Part shown: positions 7,890 through 17,204 of the stretch, piece after piece | How positions within the stretch are numbered: the first letter of the stretch is position 1 | How the letters are laid out: every line of letters starts with the position of its first letter | Assembly (NCBI GenBank): GCA_038046025.1 | Contig: JBBSWZ010000075.1 | Span: 1 to 36,491 of the forward strand | Length of the DNA stretch: 36,491 bases | Direction: 5' to 3' | From: Nanobdellota archaeon | Lineage (GTDB): Archaea; Nanobdellota; Nanobdellia; SCGC-AAA011-G17; JACPIM01 | Notes under the pieces: generated by a model | What the model was told of the DNA's origin: nothing | Seen by the model: the letters and a program-made list of their open reading frames with translations, nothing else | Database searches by the model: none | Made by a program: the position numbers and the translations under genes

Positions 7890-8651
7890 ATGGTTACTGT
7901 TAAAGAATTGTGGGAGACTACTTTACACCCAGATGAGGATCAAGCTTATTTGAGTTTTAAGATTTTAAGATTTTTTGGGATATATATTGCTAGAATTTTA
8001 ATTCCTTTTCCTATAACACCAACGCAAGTTACATTACTTGGACTATTAATTGGGTTAATTGGTGTTCCTTTTTTATGGTTTGGTAATTATTGGTATTCTT
8101 TAATTGGTATAGGAGCTTATCACTTTCATTGGATTATTGATGCTACTGATGGGGTTATAGCTAGATATAAGAAACAAGGTTCTATATCGGGTGGTTTTGT
8201 TGATTCAATGGCTCACAGAATTATACAGCCTTTAGTATTACTTGGAATGGGTATTGGTGGTTATATGGCTTTTACAGAGGGAATTGATGTGTTTGGTTAT
8301 TTTACTTTTCAAAGAATGTGGTTTTTATGGGCTGGTATGTCTGCTTCAATCTTTTTTTTAATGCATTATTTAGTTGATATGAAAAAATATGAAGTTATTT
8401 TAATGGAATCTAAATTTTCAGATAAGAAAACTTTAGATTTGTTAAGAGGAGGATTAAGTGATTATATTGCTAGAAAAGGTATTAAAGCTAAATTATTTAA
8501 TTTTTTAAGGATAAACCCATTTATGATTATATTTTTTGCTGCTATATTCAATTTTTTACATTGGTTAGTTGTTTTTTATGGTGTAGTTTACCCATTATTA
8601 TTTATAAAGGCAATGTATTCTAAGTATTTATATTTTAGAAGCCTGCGATAG
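7890..8651 (+). CDS. CDP-alcohol phosphatidyltransferase-family membrane protein (variant motif)
   Basis: 253 aa, polytopic. The motif DATDGVIARYKKQGSISGGFVDSMAH fits D-x2-D-G-x2-A-R-x8-G-x3-D-x3-D, except that the last Asp is His. Confidence 0.7.
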   Translation: MVTVKELWETTLHPDEDQAYLSFKILRFFGIYIARILIPFPITPTQVTLLGLLIGLIGVPFLWFGNYWYSLIGIGAYHFHWIIDATDGVIARYKKQGSISGGFVDSMAHRIIQPLVLLGMGIGGYMAFTEGIDVFGYFTFQRMWFLWAGMSASIFFLMHYLVDMKKYEVILMESKFSDKKTLDLLRGGLSDYIARKGIKAKLFNFLRINPFMIIFFAAIFNFLHWLVVFYGVVYPLLFIKAMYSKYLYFRSLR

Positions 8652-8694
8652 ATAAGCTTATATATTTCTAGTAAAAGTAGAAACTTGATTTAAC

Positions 8695-9795
8695 ATGAAG
8701 GTGAATTTTGTTGATATTACAAGACAAACTGAATCTATTAGGGAAGAAATAGACAGAGCTATAGCTAAAGTGATAGATAGTTCTGGTTTTATTTTAGGTG
8801 AGGATGTTGAGTTATTTGAGAAAGAATTTGCTTCGTATTGTGGAGTTAAATATGCTTGTGGTGTTGATAATGGCACTAGTGCTTTAGAATTAATTTTAAG
8901 AGCTTTAGGTATTAAAGAAGGTGATGAAGTAATAACTCAAGCTAACACTTTTATTGCTACTTCAACTAGTATTGTTTCTGCTGGTGCTAAGCCTGTTTTA
9001 GTTGATATTAACCCTGAAGGTTATCATTTAGATGTTAATAAAATTGAAGAAAAAATTACTAATAAAACTAAGGCTATAATGCCTGTCCATTTGTATGGAA
9101 ATCCGTTTGATTTTGATGCTATTAAAGAAATTGCTGAAAAATATAACTTGAAGATTGTGGAAGATGCGTGTCAAAGCCATGGTGCTAAATATAAAGGTAA
9201 AAGAGTCGGAAGTTTTGGTGATGCTGCAGCTTTTTCATTTTATCCCGGAAAAAATTTAGGTGCTTTTGGTGATGCTGGTATGGTTGTTTCTAATGACGAG
9301 AAATTGATTAATGATATTAAAATGATGAGAAATTACGGGCAATCTAAGAAATATCATCATGATTTTTTACCTTTGAATAGAAGATTAGATGCTTTGCAAG
9401 CTGCTGTATTAAGGGTTAAGCTAAAACATTTAGATAAATGGAATAAGATGAGGAGGAATAATGCTAAATTGTATGGTGAATTGTTGAGTAATAATGTTAA
9501 AGTTCCTAAAATTTCTAGTAATAATGAATCTGTTTATCATTTATATGTTGTTCAAACTAAAAAAAGAGATGAATTACTTAAGTTTTTTGAAAAAAATGGG
9601 ATCAGTGCTGGAATACATTATCCTGTTCCAATACATTTGCAAAAACATTTTGATTATTTAGGTTTTAAAGAAGGTGAACATCCTAATACTGAGGAAGTTT
9701 CTAAGAGAATAATTTCTTTGCCTATGTTTCCTGAATTAAAAAAAGAAGAAATTGAATTTGTATGTGAAAAAGTTAAAGAATTTGTTAGTAAGTGA
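8695..9795 (+). CDS. DegT/DnrJ/EryC1/StrS-family PLP-dependent sugar aminotransferase
   Basis: 366 aa. GVDNGTSALEL, ...VEDACQSHGA..., and FSFYPGKNLGAFGDAG with the canonical Schiff-base Lys. A TATA-like TTATATAT (8658-8665) lies upstream. Confidence 0.85.
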   Translation: MKVNFVDITRQTESIREEIDRAIAKVIDSSGFILGEDVELFEKEFASYCGVKYACGVDNGTSALELILRALGIKEGDEVITQANTFIATSTSIVSAGAKPVLVDINPEGYHLDVNKIEEKITNKTKAIMPVHLYGNPFDFDAIKEIAEKYNLKIVEDACQSHGAKYKGKRVGSFGDAAAFSFYPGKNLGAFGDAGMVVSNDEKLINDIKMMRNYGQSKKYHHDFLPLNRRLDALQAAVLRVKLKHLDKWNKMRRNNAKLYGELLSNNVKVPKISSNNESVYHLYVVQTKKRDELLKFFEKNGISAGIHYPVPIHLQKHFDYLGFKEGEHPNTEEVSKRIISLPMFPELKKEEIEFVCEKVKEFVSK

Positions 9796-9896
9796 ATTAT
9801 TTTTTTCTCTAGAATAAAAGTTACTTGATGGCTTGCGTCTTTTTAAACATCGTTATTTGACTATTTATTTTACTATTGTTAAGGAATGTACAAAAG

Positions 9897-9940
9897 TTTA
9901 TATATCGCTCTTTATTAGGAATAATAATCATACAAGGGGT
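9897..9940 (+). promoter_or_regulatory. TATA box plus SD for the surface-protein gene
   Basis: CAAAAG-TTTATATA (TATA at 9897-9904), with a purine-rich BRE-like 5' flank. AAGGGGT (9934-9940) lies 8-9 nt upstream of ATG 9949. Confidence 0.35.
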
Positions 9941-9948
9941 AAATTTAA

Positions 9949-11715
9949 ATGGATAATAAAAGGTGGTACTTCATTTTTAGTGGTTTAGTTTTTTTAATGG
10001 TTTTATATACCTTCTTCGTTATAAGTGAAGAATTATCTTCAGATGGTTGGACTATAAATGTAAGTTCAGGTACAATAAATGTAACGAGTGCTGATATAAG
10101 TGCTCCATTTGAGAACGGTTCAAGTATATTGGCGAGTGAGATAACATTAAATATTACTTTTGTCGATGGAAATGGTTCATCAAACCAGACATGGTACTTA
10201 TATAATTCTAGTGATGGTAACCTTGCTGCTGCAATTGTATTAAATATATCAGCTGAAGCAGCTAATGAAACTGATCTTGGAACTTTTGATTTGGCTAATG
10301 GTACTATAGATCTTAATAGTACAATTGCTGCAGATAGTGCTACTGTTAAAACTTATTATATACAAACAAATTTAACAAATACAACTATATTAGAGACTGG
10401 TTATAATATTGATAGCAATTTTGTACAGATATTGGCTTTAAAGATATATCCAAACGCTCTAGTTGGAGAGCCATTTAATAATGGAACTGTTAATGTGAAT
10501 GGATATTCTGCTAAGGGTGGTACTGATAGACTGAATAATATAACAGAACAGGCTAATTTAAGTTCTACTGTTTTGTTTAATGCGAGTGTAGCTGCAGGAA
10601 ACACTACAACTAATGTTACATGGTATGTTATCAATGGCTCTACTGAAATTATTTTAGGTTCTCTACATGAAATAGGTAATACTACGTTAGAATTTGATAC
10701 GGGCAATGGAACTTTGAGTGATGGTACTTATAATCTAACTCTTAGTTATACTAATGCTACTATTGGAGATGGTGTAGTATACGATGCTGCAAATTCATTC
10801 AATACAACTGTTTTAAATTTAAATATAGACAATACTGCTCCTAGCTTAGTTGTAGAACTACCAGTCAATAACTCTAACCTTACTACCACTGTAATTGATC
10901 TTAATTTTACAGCAAGTGATGCTGCCACCACATTAGGATCCTGTTGGTATAATCTAAATTTTGCTTCATCTAATACTACTGTTGCTGATTGTTCAAATAT
11001 AACCTTTACCGCTCTAGATGGTAGAAATAATATTACCCTTTATGCAAATGATTCAGTTGATAATCTTAATACATCATTATTTATAGAGTTTAGTGTTGAT
11101 CTTACGCATCCTAGTGCAACAGTTACACTTAGTGATTCTGATGGTATAATTTATACTAGATCAACTCAGAAAGTTAAATGTGACTTTGATGAGGGTAGTG
11201 GCGGTACTGGATTAGACAACCCCACTAGGAAATTGCAGTATCAAAAACCAAACGGGGATATTTTATCCTTTGAGGATGAAGATGCAGCACAAGAGCAGAC
11301 CTTTAAAGAAATTGATACTGCTACTACTGGTGATTATACTGTAAGGTGTTCTGTGAGTGATGTTGCAGGATTGACAACTACAGCAGAGAAAACATTTAGA
11401 GTACATACAAGAGGTGGACCGTCATCAGCAACTAGTGGTGGAGGTGGAGGAACTGCAGTTGAAGGTGTTGAAGGAGGGGAAGATACTGGAGAAGCAGCTC
11501 CGAGTGAACCTAGTGAATCTGGTGCTCCTACAACAGGAATAGGTGGTCCGACTCCTAGTGTATCGGCTCCGGGTGGTGCTGGTGGTACAGTAGCTATAGT
11601 AATAATTGTAATAGTAATTGCAGCTGGTGTGATATATTTCTTAGTTAAAGGAAAGCCTGGGAAGAAGGGACAGATAAAGTTTAGCAGGTCTGAATTATTG
11701 CCTAAAAGAATGTAG
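9949..11715 (+). CDS. Sequon-rich surface (S-layer/adhesin-like) glycoprotein with C-terminal membrane anchor
   Basis: 588 aa. N-terminal signal/anchor WYFIFSGLVFLMVLYTFFVI. About 33 N-x-S/T sequons by hand count in the first ~370 residues. Ig-like repeats follow (DNTAPS...; HPSATVTLSD...). A Gly/Pro/Ser/Glu-rich stalk is followed by the TM segment VAIVIIVIVIAAGVIYFLV and a basic tail KGKPGKKGQ. Confidence 0.7.
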   Translation: MDNKRWYFIFSGLVFLMVLYTFFVISEELSSDGWTINVSSGTINVTSADISAPFENGSSILASEITLNITFVDGNGSSNQTWYLYNSSDGNLAAAIVLNISAEAANETDLGTFDLANGTIDLNSTIAADSATVKTYYIQTNLTNTTILETGYNIDSNFVQILALKIYPNALVGEPFNNGTVNVNGYSAKGGTDRLNNITEQANLSSTVLFNASVAAGNTTTNVTWYVINGSTEIILGSLHEIGNTTLEFDTGNGTLSDGTYNLTLSYTNATIGDGVVYDAANSFNTTVLNLNIDNTAPSLVVELPVNNSNLTTTVIDLNFTASDAATTLGSCWYNLNFASSNTTVADCSNITFTALDGRNNITLYANDSVDNLNTSLFIEFSVDLTHPSATVTLSDSDGIIYTRSTQKVKCDFDEGSGGTGLDNPTRKLQYQKPNGDILSFEDEDAAQEQTFKEIDTATTGDYTVRCSVSDVAGLTTTAEKTFRVHTRGGPSSATSGGGGGTAVEGVEGGEDTGEAAPSEPSESGAPTTGIGGPTPSVSAPGGAGGTVAIVIIVIVIAAGVIYFLVKGKPGKKGQIKFSRSELLPKRM

Positions 11716-11718
11716 AAG

Positions 11719-11759
11719 GAGATAAATTTGAGTTCCACCTCTTTTATCTCTTCTTTTTT
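11719..11759 (+). terminator. Hairpin plus T-tract downstream of the surface-protein gene
   Basis: GAGATAAA (11719-11726) pairs with TTTATCTC (11743-11750) across a 16-nt loop. It is followed by TTCTTTTTT (11751-11759) and starts 4 nt after the stop codon. Confidence 0.4.
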
Positions 11760-11830
11760 AAATTTGGTTTGTTGGATTTGTATTTTTATATACTATTTAC
11801 AAAAAGATTTAAATATCTCCTCTTTTGCTA

Positions 11831-12538
11831 ATGATGAAAATGGTAAACGAGATATCAAATAAATCAATTGTAAATAAATATGTTAAGTTAGGTAATAATG
11901 TAGAAATTGGACCTTTTTGTGTAATTGAAGGTAGTGAAAAAAATCCTGTTGAAATTGGAAATAACGTTGTGATTGGGAGTCATTGTTGTATTTCTCTTGG
12001 GGTTAAATTAAATGATAATGTAATGATTGCAAATTATGTCAACCTGGGAAGTTTTATTGAGGTCGGCAAAGGCAGTAAGATATGGCATTATTGTAATATT
12101 TATGGTACTGAGGACAAACCAACAACAATAGGGGAGAATACTCAAATTGGTGGCTATTCAACTATAAAATATGCTTGCCATATAGGAAATAATTGTAGAT
12201 TCCAAAGCCATATATTTGTTGCAGAATATGTTGATATGGAAGATTATGTTTTTGTAGGTCCTGGTGTTAGTTTTGCTGTTGATAAATATCCTAGTGCACA
12301 AGTAGCTTTAGGAAGAAATTGGAAATTAGATGCTATATTGGTTAAAAAAAATGTTGTGATTGGTTCCGAAGCAATTATTAATCCTGGAGTAACGCTGGGT
12401 GTTGGGAGTATTATAGGAACTGGGGCAGTTGTAACTAAAGATACTCAAGATTATGGAGTTTATGTTGGAGTTCCTGCTAAGAAAGTTGGAATGAGAAGTG
12501 ACAAAAAATATAAAGATGGTTTTGGGATGTCTGCATAA
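11831..12538 (+). CDS. Left-handed beta-helix (hexapeptide-repeat) sugar N-/O-acetyltransferase
   Basis: Repeated [LIV]-G-x4 hexapeptides (VEIGNNVVIGSHCCISLGVKLNDNVMIANYVNLGSFIEVGKGSKI...; VVIGSEAIINPGVTLGVGSIIGTGAVV). The track start 11825 is TTG. The first ATG is at 11831. Confidence 0.75.
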   Translation: MMKMVNEISNKSIVNKYVKLGNNVEIGPFCVIEGSEKNPVEIGNNVVIGSHCCISLGVKLNDNVMIANYVNLGSFIEVGKGSKIWHYCNIYGTEDKPTTIGENTQIGGYSTIKYACHIGNNCRFQSHIFVAEYVDMEDYVFVGPGVSFAVDKYPSAQVALGRNWKLDAILVKKNVVIGSEAIINPGVTLGVGSIIGTGAVVTKDTQDYGVYVGVPAKKVGMRSDKKYKDGFGMSA

Positions 12539-12574
12539 GAACCAGAGGTTATTGATCCTACTAGATAATCTATT

Positions 12575-13300
12575 TTAATCTAACAAAGAAGCTGCATCTT
12601 TGTCTACTAATATTATTGTGTTTGGATGATCTTTTAATGCTGAAGCTGGAAATTTCTCTGTTTTAGATTCATTCATAAGTTTTCTTATATTTTCTGCTTT
12701 TTCTTTTCCATTAGCTAATAAAATTATTTTTTTTGATTTTAATATTGTAGATATACCCATTGTTATTGCTTGAACTGGTACATTGTTTATATCTTCAAAA
12801 AATTTTGCATTATCTTTTCTAGTTTGTTTTGTTAAGTTTACTATTCTTGTTCTTGAATTAAATTTTGAACCTGATTCATTGAAACCTATGTGACCATTTC
12901 TTCCAATTCCTAAGATTTGTAAATCTATACCTCCAGATTTTTTTATTTTTGCTTCATATTCTTCACAAAATTTTTCTGGATCAAAAGCTGTTCCGTCAGG
13001 AATATTTACATTTTCTTTTTTTATGTTAATATGATTGAATAGTTTATCCCACATATAATAATTATAACTTTGTCCATGTGAATCTGGTAATCCTAGGTAT
13101 TCGTCTAAGTTAAATGTTATAATTTGAGAGAAATCTAATCCGTTTTTATGTGCTTTAATTAATTCTTTGTATAAACCTAATGGTGTATCACCTGTTGCAA
13201 AGCCTATTACTGAATTTGGCTTTGATTTTATTTGCTCTATTACTATTTTTGCTGCTTCTTTACTTAATTCCTTATAATTATCTTTTATTATTAGTTGCAT
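12575..13300 (-). CDS. nagB: Glucosamine-6-phosphate deaminase/isomerase
   Basis: 241 aa. GFATGDTPLGLYKEL, TFNLDEYLG and GIGRNGHIGFNES match the NagB signatures (E. coli FNMDEY / GVGNDGHIAFNEP). Confidence 0.85.
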   Translation of the reverse strand: MQLIIKDNYKELSKEAAKIVIEQIKSKPNSVIGFATGDTPLGLYKELIKAHKNGLDFSQIITFNLDEYLGLPDSHGQSYNYYMWDKLFNHINIKKENVNIPDGTAFDPEKFCEEYEAKIKKSGGIDLQILGIGRNGHIGFNESGSKFNSRTRIVNLTKQTRKDNAKFFEDINNVPVQAITMGISTILKSKKIILLANGKEKAENIRKLMNESKTEKFPASALKDHPNTIILVDKDAASLLD

Positions 13301-13301
13301 T

Positions 13302-15254
13302 TTATTGTCTATCTTTTTTTAAGGTTTCTATGACAGATGAATCAGCTAGTGTTGTTATATTTCCTATTTCTTCTCCTGATGCAATTGCCTTTAAAATTCT
13401 TCTCATTATTTTTCCAGATCTTGTTTTTGGTAATGAATCAGCGAATTGTATTTTTGCTGGCTTTGCTATATGCCCTATTTCCTTTGCCACATGCTGGATT
13501 AACTCCTGTTTTAATTCTTCTGATTTTTCAATACCTTGTTTAAGAGTAATGAATGCGTATATGGCTTGCCCTTTTATTTCATCTGGTATAGGAACAATAG
13601 CTGCCTCTGCCACGTTTACATGACCTACTAAAGCGCTTTCAACTTCTGCTGTGCCTATTCTATGTCCGGCTATGCTTATAACATCATCTACCCTTCCCAT
13701 TAGCCAGAAGTCTCCATCTTGGTCTTTTCTTGCTGCATCGCTTGTGAAATAAATCCCTTGGAATTTTGAATAATATGTGTCAATAAATCTTTGATGATCT
13801 CCATATACTGTTCTCATCTGACCTGGCCAAGATTTTTTAATTACTAAATAGCCACCTTCATTGGGAGATGCTTCAGTTCCATCTTCTCTTAAGATTGCTG
13901 GTTCTATTCCTGGAAAGGGTTTATTTGCTGAACCAGGCTTTAAATTAAAAGCTCCTGGTAGCGGTGTTATTAATATACCCCCTGTTTCTGTTTGCCACCA
14001 TGTATCAACTATGGGACATTTTTCTTTTCCTATATTTTTGTAATACCACATCCAAGCTTCCGGATTAATTGGTTCTCCTACTGTGCCTAGTAATCTTAAG
14101 CTACTTATATTGTGCTTGTTAATGGGCTCTTCTCCAAATCTTGCTAGAGCCCTTATTGCTGTTGGTGCTGTATAGAAAAGATTTACTTTAAATTTTTCAA
14201 CAATGTTCCAGAATCTATCATTATCTGGATATGTTGGTCCACCCTCATACATAAGAGTTGTAGCACCATTTGATAATGGACCATAGATTACATAGCTATG
14301 ACCCGTTATCCAACCTATATCTGCAGTACACCAATAAATATCTTTTTCATGATAATCAAAAACCCATTTAAATGTTTGGTAGACATAAGTTAGATAACCG
14401 CCTGTTGTATGCAAAACTCCTTTTGGTTTTGCTGTTGTTCCAGAAGTATATAAAATAAATAGAGGATCTTCAGCATCTGTGTATTCTGGTTCACATATGC
14501 TATTTGCAGATTTCATTTCTTCATCCCAATAGATGTCTCTTCCTTTTTTCATCTCAATATTTTGTTTTGTTCTCTTTACAACTATAACTGATTCTATACA
14601 TTTACATTGAGTAAGTGCTTCATCAGATATAGATTTTAAAGGAATTATTTTTCCATTTCTAAATCCACCATCTGCTGTGATTAGTAATTTACATTGTGAA
14701 TCTAGAATTCTATCTTTTAAGGAGGAAGAACTAAAACCACCAAAAACTATGTTATGAATTGCTCCTATTCTTGTACATGCCAGCATTGCTATAGCTAATT
14801 CTGGAATCATTGGCATATAAATACAAACTCTATCACCTTTTTTTATTCCTTTTTTCTTAAGAACATTTGCAAATTTACAAACCTTTTTATGAAGCTCTTT
14901 ATATGTAATTTTTATTACGTCTTCTTCTGGTTCTCCTTGCCATATTAACGCTACTTTATCTGCTCTTTTCTTCAAGTTTACATCAAGGCAATTATAAGAA
15001 ACATTTATTTTGCCTCCTTTAAACCAAGTGGCTTTTATATTTTTAGGATCCCATGTAAAGATTGTATCCCATTCTTTAAACCAGTGGAGTTGTTTTGCTT
15101 TTTCGGCCCAAAATTTTTCATGGTTTTTTATTGATTCTTGATAGATTTTTTTGTATTCTTCTTCGTTTTTAATATGGGCTTTACTGCTGAAATGTTCTTT
15201 AGGTGGTATTTTTCTCTGTTCATTGCTTACAGAAATTATGGGTTTTTGTTTCAT
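13302..15254 (-). CDS. acs: Acetyl-CoA synthetase (AMP-forming acetate--CoA ligase)
   Basis: 650 aa. The AMP-binding motif is [12 protein letters not shown]. Also ...WWQTETGG..., ...GRVDDVI...[10 protein letters not shown]... and the C-terminal ...[12 protein letters not shown]. Full Acs architecture. Its stop is 1 nt from the nagB ATG. Confidence 0.9.
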   Translation of the reverse strand: MKQKPIISVSNEQRKIPPKEHFSSKAHIKNEEEYKKIYQESIKNHEKFWAEKAKQLHWFKEWDTIFTWDPKNIKATWFKGGKINVSYNCLDVNLKKRADKVALIWQGEPEEDVIKITYKELHKKVCKFANVLKKKGIKKGDRVCIYMPMIPELAIAMLACTRIGAIHNIVFGGFSSSSLKDRILDSQCKLLITADGGFRNGKIIPLKSISDEALTQCKCIESVIVVKRTKQNIEMKKGRDIYWDEEMKSANSICEPEYTDAEDPLFILYTSGTTAKPKGVLHTTGGYLTYVYQTFKWVFDYHEKDIYWCTADIGWITGHSYVIYGPLSNGATTLMYEGGPTYPDNDRFWNIVEKFKVNLFYTAPTAIRALARFGEEPINKHNISSLRLLGTVGEPINPEAWMWYYKNIGKEKCPIVDTWWQTETGGILITPLPGAFNLKPGSANKPFPGIEPAILREDGTEASPNEGGYLVIKKSWPGQMRTVYGDHQRFIDTYYSKFQGIYFTSDAARKDQDGDFWLMGRVDDVISIAGHRIGTAEVESALVGHVNVAEAAIVPIPDEIKGQAIYAFITLKQGIEKSEELKQELIQHVAKEIGHIAKPAKIQFADSLPKTRSGKIMRRILKAIASGEEIGNITTLADSSVIETLKKDRQ

Positions 15255-15330
15255 CTTATTACGCTCGTCTTTTTTCTATATTTAAATTTTATTGAAAAGA
15301 TTTATAAATTATGCGTTTTGAGATGAGGTT

Positions 15331-16149
15331 ATGGGTGTGGTTGAGAGTTTTATTGTTAAAATTGGAGATGAAAATATTAGTATTAAAGCTCCAAAATTAG
15401 AGTTGGATAGTAATATTAAGGAGCTTGGTGAATATTTGGGAGTTTCTTTTGATGTGTTGAAAAAGGAATTGGAAAAGAAATCTGAAAGATATGGTGGTTT
15501 TGGGAAATATGTTAAAGTTTCTGAGGAAGAATGGAATTCTAGAAAAATTAATCAGAATAAAGCTAAGGAAATAATGAAATTTTATTCTGAAACTGAAAAT
15601 TATATGCCTGAGTTAATGATTGTTTCTGCATCTGAGGATAAACAAAAATTGAGAAGATTTATTGCTGCTTATTGTAAAAAAGAGGGGGTTAAAAAAATTT
15701 TAGATTTTGGATGCGGTGTTGGAGATGATTGTATTATTGCTGCTTTAAATGGATTGAGTGCTGATGGTGTAGATATAGAAAGTAAGACTTTTGATTTTGC
15801 TAAGTGGAGATTTAATAAATATGGTGTTAATGTTAATACCTTTAATATTAATGAAGAGTTTTTTAATGAAAAATATGATGCTATAAACTGCATTGAGGTA
15901 TTACAGCATCTGCCTGACGTTGAGAAAACTTTAGAACAATTTTATGAAAATTTAAATGAAAATGGTTTGTTGTTTCTAGCTTTTAGGTTTAAAGGTAATT
16001 ATACATTAGCATTGAAAAAAAATGAAAAATATGAAAATAATTTTGATGGGGTCGTTAGGAAAAAAGGTTTTGAATTAATTGATAAGGTGCATATGTGGGG
16101 TCCTAAAGATAGTTCTGGTAAGTGGTTGTATGTTTTTAAGAAAAATTAA
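15331..16149 (+). CDS. Class I SAM-dependent methyltransferase
   Basis: 272 aa. Motif I is KILDFGCGVGDD. The post-I acidic residue is in ...GVDIE. Motif II is YDAINCIEVLQHL. Confidence 0.75.
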   Translation: MGVVESFIVKIGDENISIKAPKLELDSNIKELGEYLGVSFDVLKKELEKKSERYGGFGKYVKVSEEEWNSRKINQNKAKEIMKFYSETENYMPELMIVSASEDKQKLRRFIAAYCKKEGVKKILDFGCGVGDDCIIAALNGLSADGVDIESKTFDFAKWRFNKYGVNVNTFNINEEFFNEKYDAINCIEVLQHLPDVEKTLEQFYENLNENGLLFLAFRFKGNYTLALKKNEKYENNFDGVVRKKGFELIDKVHMWGPKDSSGKWLYVFKKN

Positions 16150-16154
16150 TTTAA

Positions 16155-17204
16155 ATGGAAAGAAAAATACAAATTGTTAATCATGGAACTAAAACAAAAG
16201 AAGATATTTCTGTTAAGAAAGTAGATACTAAAATATTTTATGATGAGGGATTAACAAAACAGTTTAAAGAATTTTCTAAAAGAAATAATGAAGTTAATTT
16301 TAATTGGTATAGTTCAGATCTTCCATTTTTTAAATCTCTTAAGGTAGTTAATGGAAAAGTAATATATGAAGTAGGATCAACTACTTCCATAGAAACATTA
16401 GGATTTCTATCTTTAATGAGAAATAGAAAAAATTCATTGGAAGTTTTAAAACAGGGGAAAGGATTTGAAAGGTTTAGGGATTTAATATTAAAAAATGGAG
16501 TTTTTTATTTGACTAAACTTTATTTTAGTATGGGTCAAATTATAATTGGGATTACTAAAGATGAAGAAATTATATTATTAAGGAGATCTAAACAATTGAG
16601 TGAGGGGCCAGGGAGATATAATGTTTTTGCTGGTTTTATCTCAAGTGTTAATGAACTTGATGGAAAGAAAGTTGATATTACTGATTTCTTTGGACAGGCA
16701 AAGGCAGAACTTCTAGAGGAAAGTGGATTAAGTTCTTCTGATTTTGATAATAAAAGACTTCAACTTAATGGTTTGGTCAGGGGTTTATACAATTCTTATT
16801 TGCCAGGATTAGCATGGTCTTATAAGTTTAATTTAACAAGTGATGAAATATTAGGATTGTTAAAGAGGGCTAATAAATTTGATAATGTTCATACAGAGCA
16901 TGATTCTGTTTTGTTTTTACCGATAGATAAGATTGGTTTATTGTTTAGTAAAAAAGGCTTTATTGATAGGAGAGGAGTAAAGTTTGATCCTGCGATAGCT
17001 GAAGATGATAATAGTAAGACTGGTATTGTAGATGATACTATTGGTGCTTTGCTTTCTTATTTGTTAAATAACAATTCTAAATATTTTGAGAAAATTAAAA
17101 GGATACTGAAGCAGAGAAATCTTGCCATTGAGGTAATTGATGTTACTAAGAGTAGTAAAAAGTTTTCTTTTAGAGAAGGGGCTCTGGTGCAACCCTCAAA
17201 ATAA
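16155..17204 (+). CDS. Hypothetical protein with a near-complete Nudix box; its 3' end is altered by the IS insertion
   Basis: 349 aa. GKKVDITDFFGQAKAELLEESGL compared with the Nudix consensus G-x5-E-x7-R-E-U-x-E-E-x-G-U matches G, E, U, E, E, G and U, with E->T and R->A. The last 7 codons (ALVQPSK*) are read from the IS left end. Confidence 0.45.
   Translation: MERKIQIVNHGTKTKEDISVKKVDTKIFYDEGLTKQFKEFSKRNNEVNFNWYSSDLPFFKSLKVVNGKVIYEVGSTTSIETLGFLSLMRNRKNSLEVLKQGKGFERFRDLILKNGVFYLTKLYFSMGQIIIGITKDEEIILLRRSKQLSEGPGRYNVFAGFISSVNELDGKKVDITDFFGQAKAELLEESGLSSSDFDNKRLQLNGLVRGLYNSYLPGLAWSYKFNLTSDEILGLLKRANKFDNVHTEHDSVLFLPIDKIGLLFSKKGFIDRRGVKFDPAIAEDDNSKTGIVDDTIGALLSYLLNNNSKYFEKIKRILKQRNLAIEVIDVTKSSKKFSFREGALVQPSK

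Noticed and set aside
11560-11715. A possible PGF-CTERM/archaeosortase or sortase-type sorting signal at the C-terminus of the surface protein.
   Set aside because: There is no PGF (or LPxTG) tripeptide ahead of the hydrophobic helix. The sequence shows only Gly/Ala-rich sequence, a TM helix and a basic tail, so I call it a plain C-terminal anchor.
11334-11738. A 134-aa minus-strand ORF rich in Pro, Gly and Ala lies opposite the 3' end of the surface-protein gene.
   Set aside because: It is the reverse complement of the Gly/Pro/Ser/Glu-rich stalk and TM region. Its open frame is a by-product of that GC-richer low-complexity sequence. The plus-strand gene has the coherent architecture.
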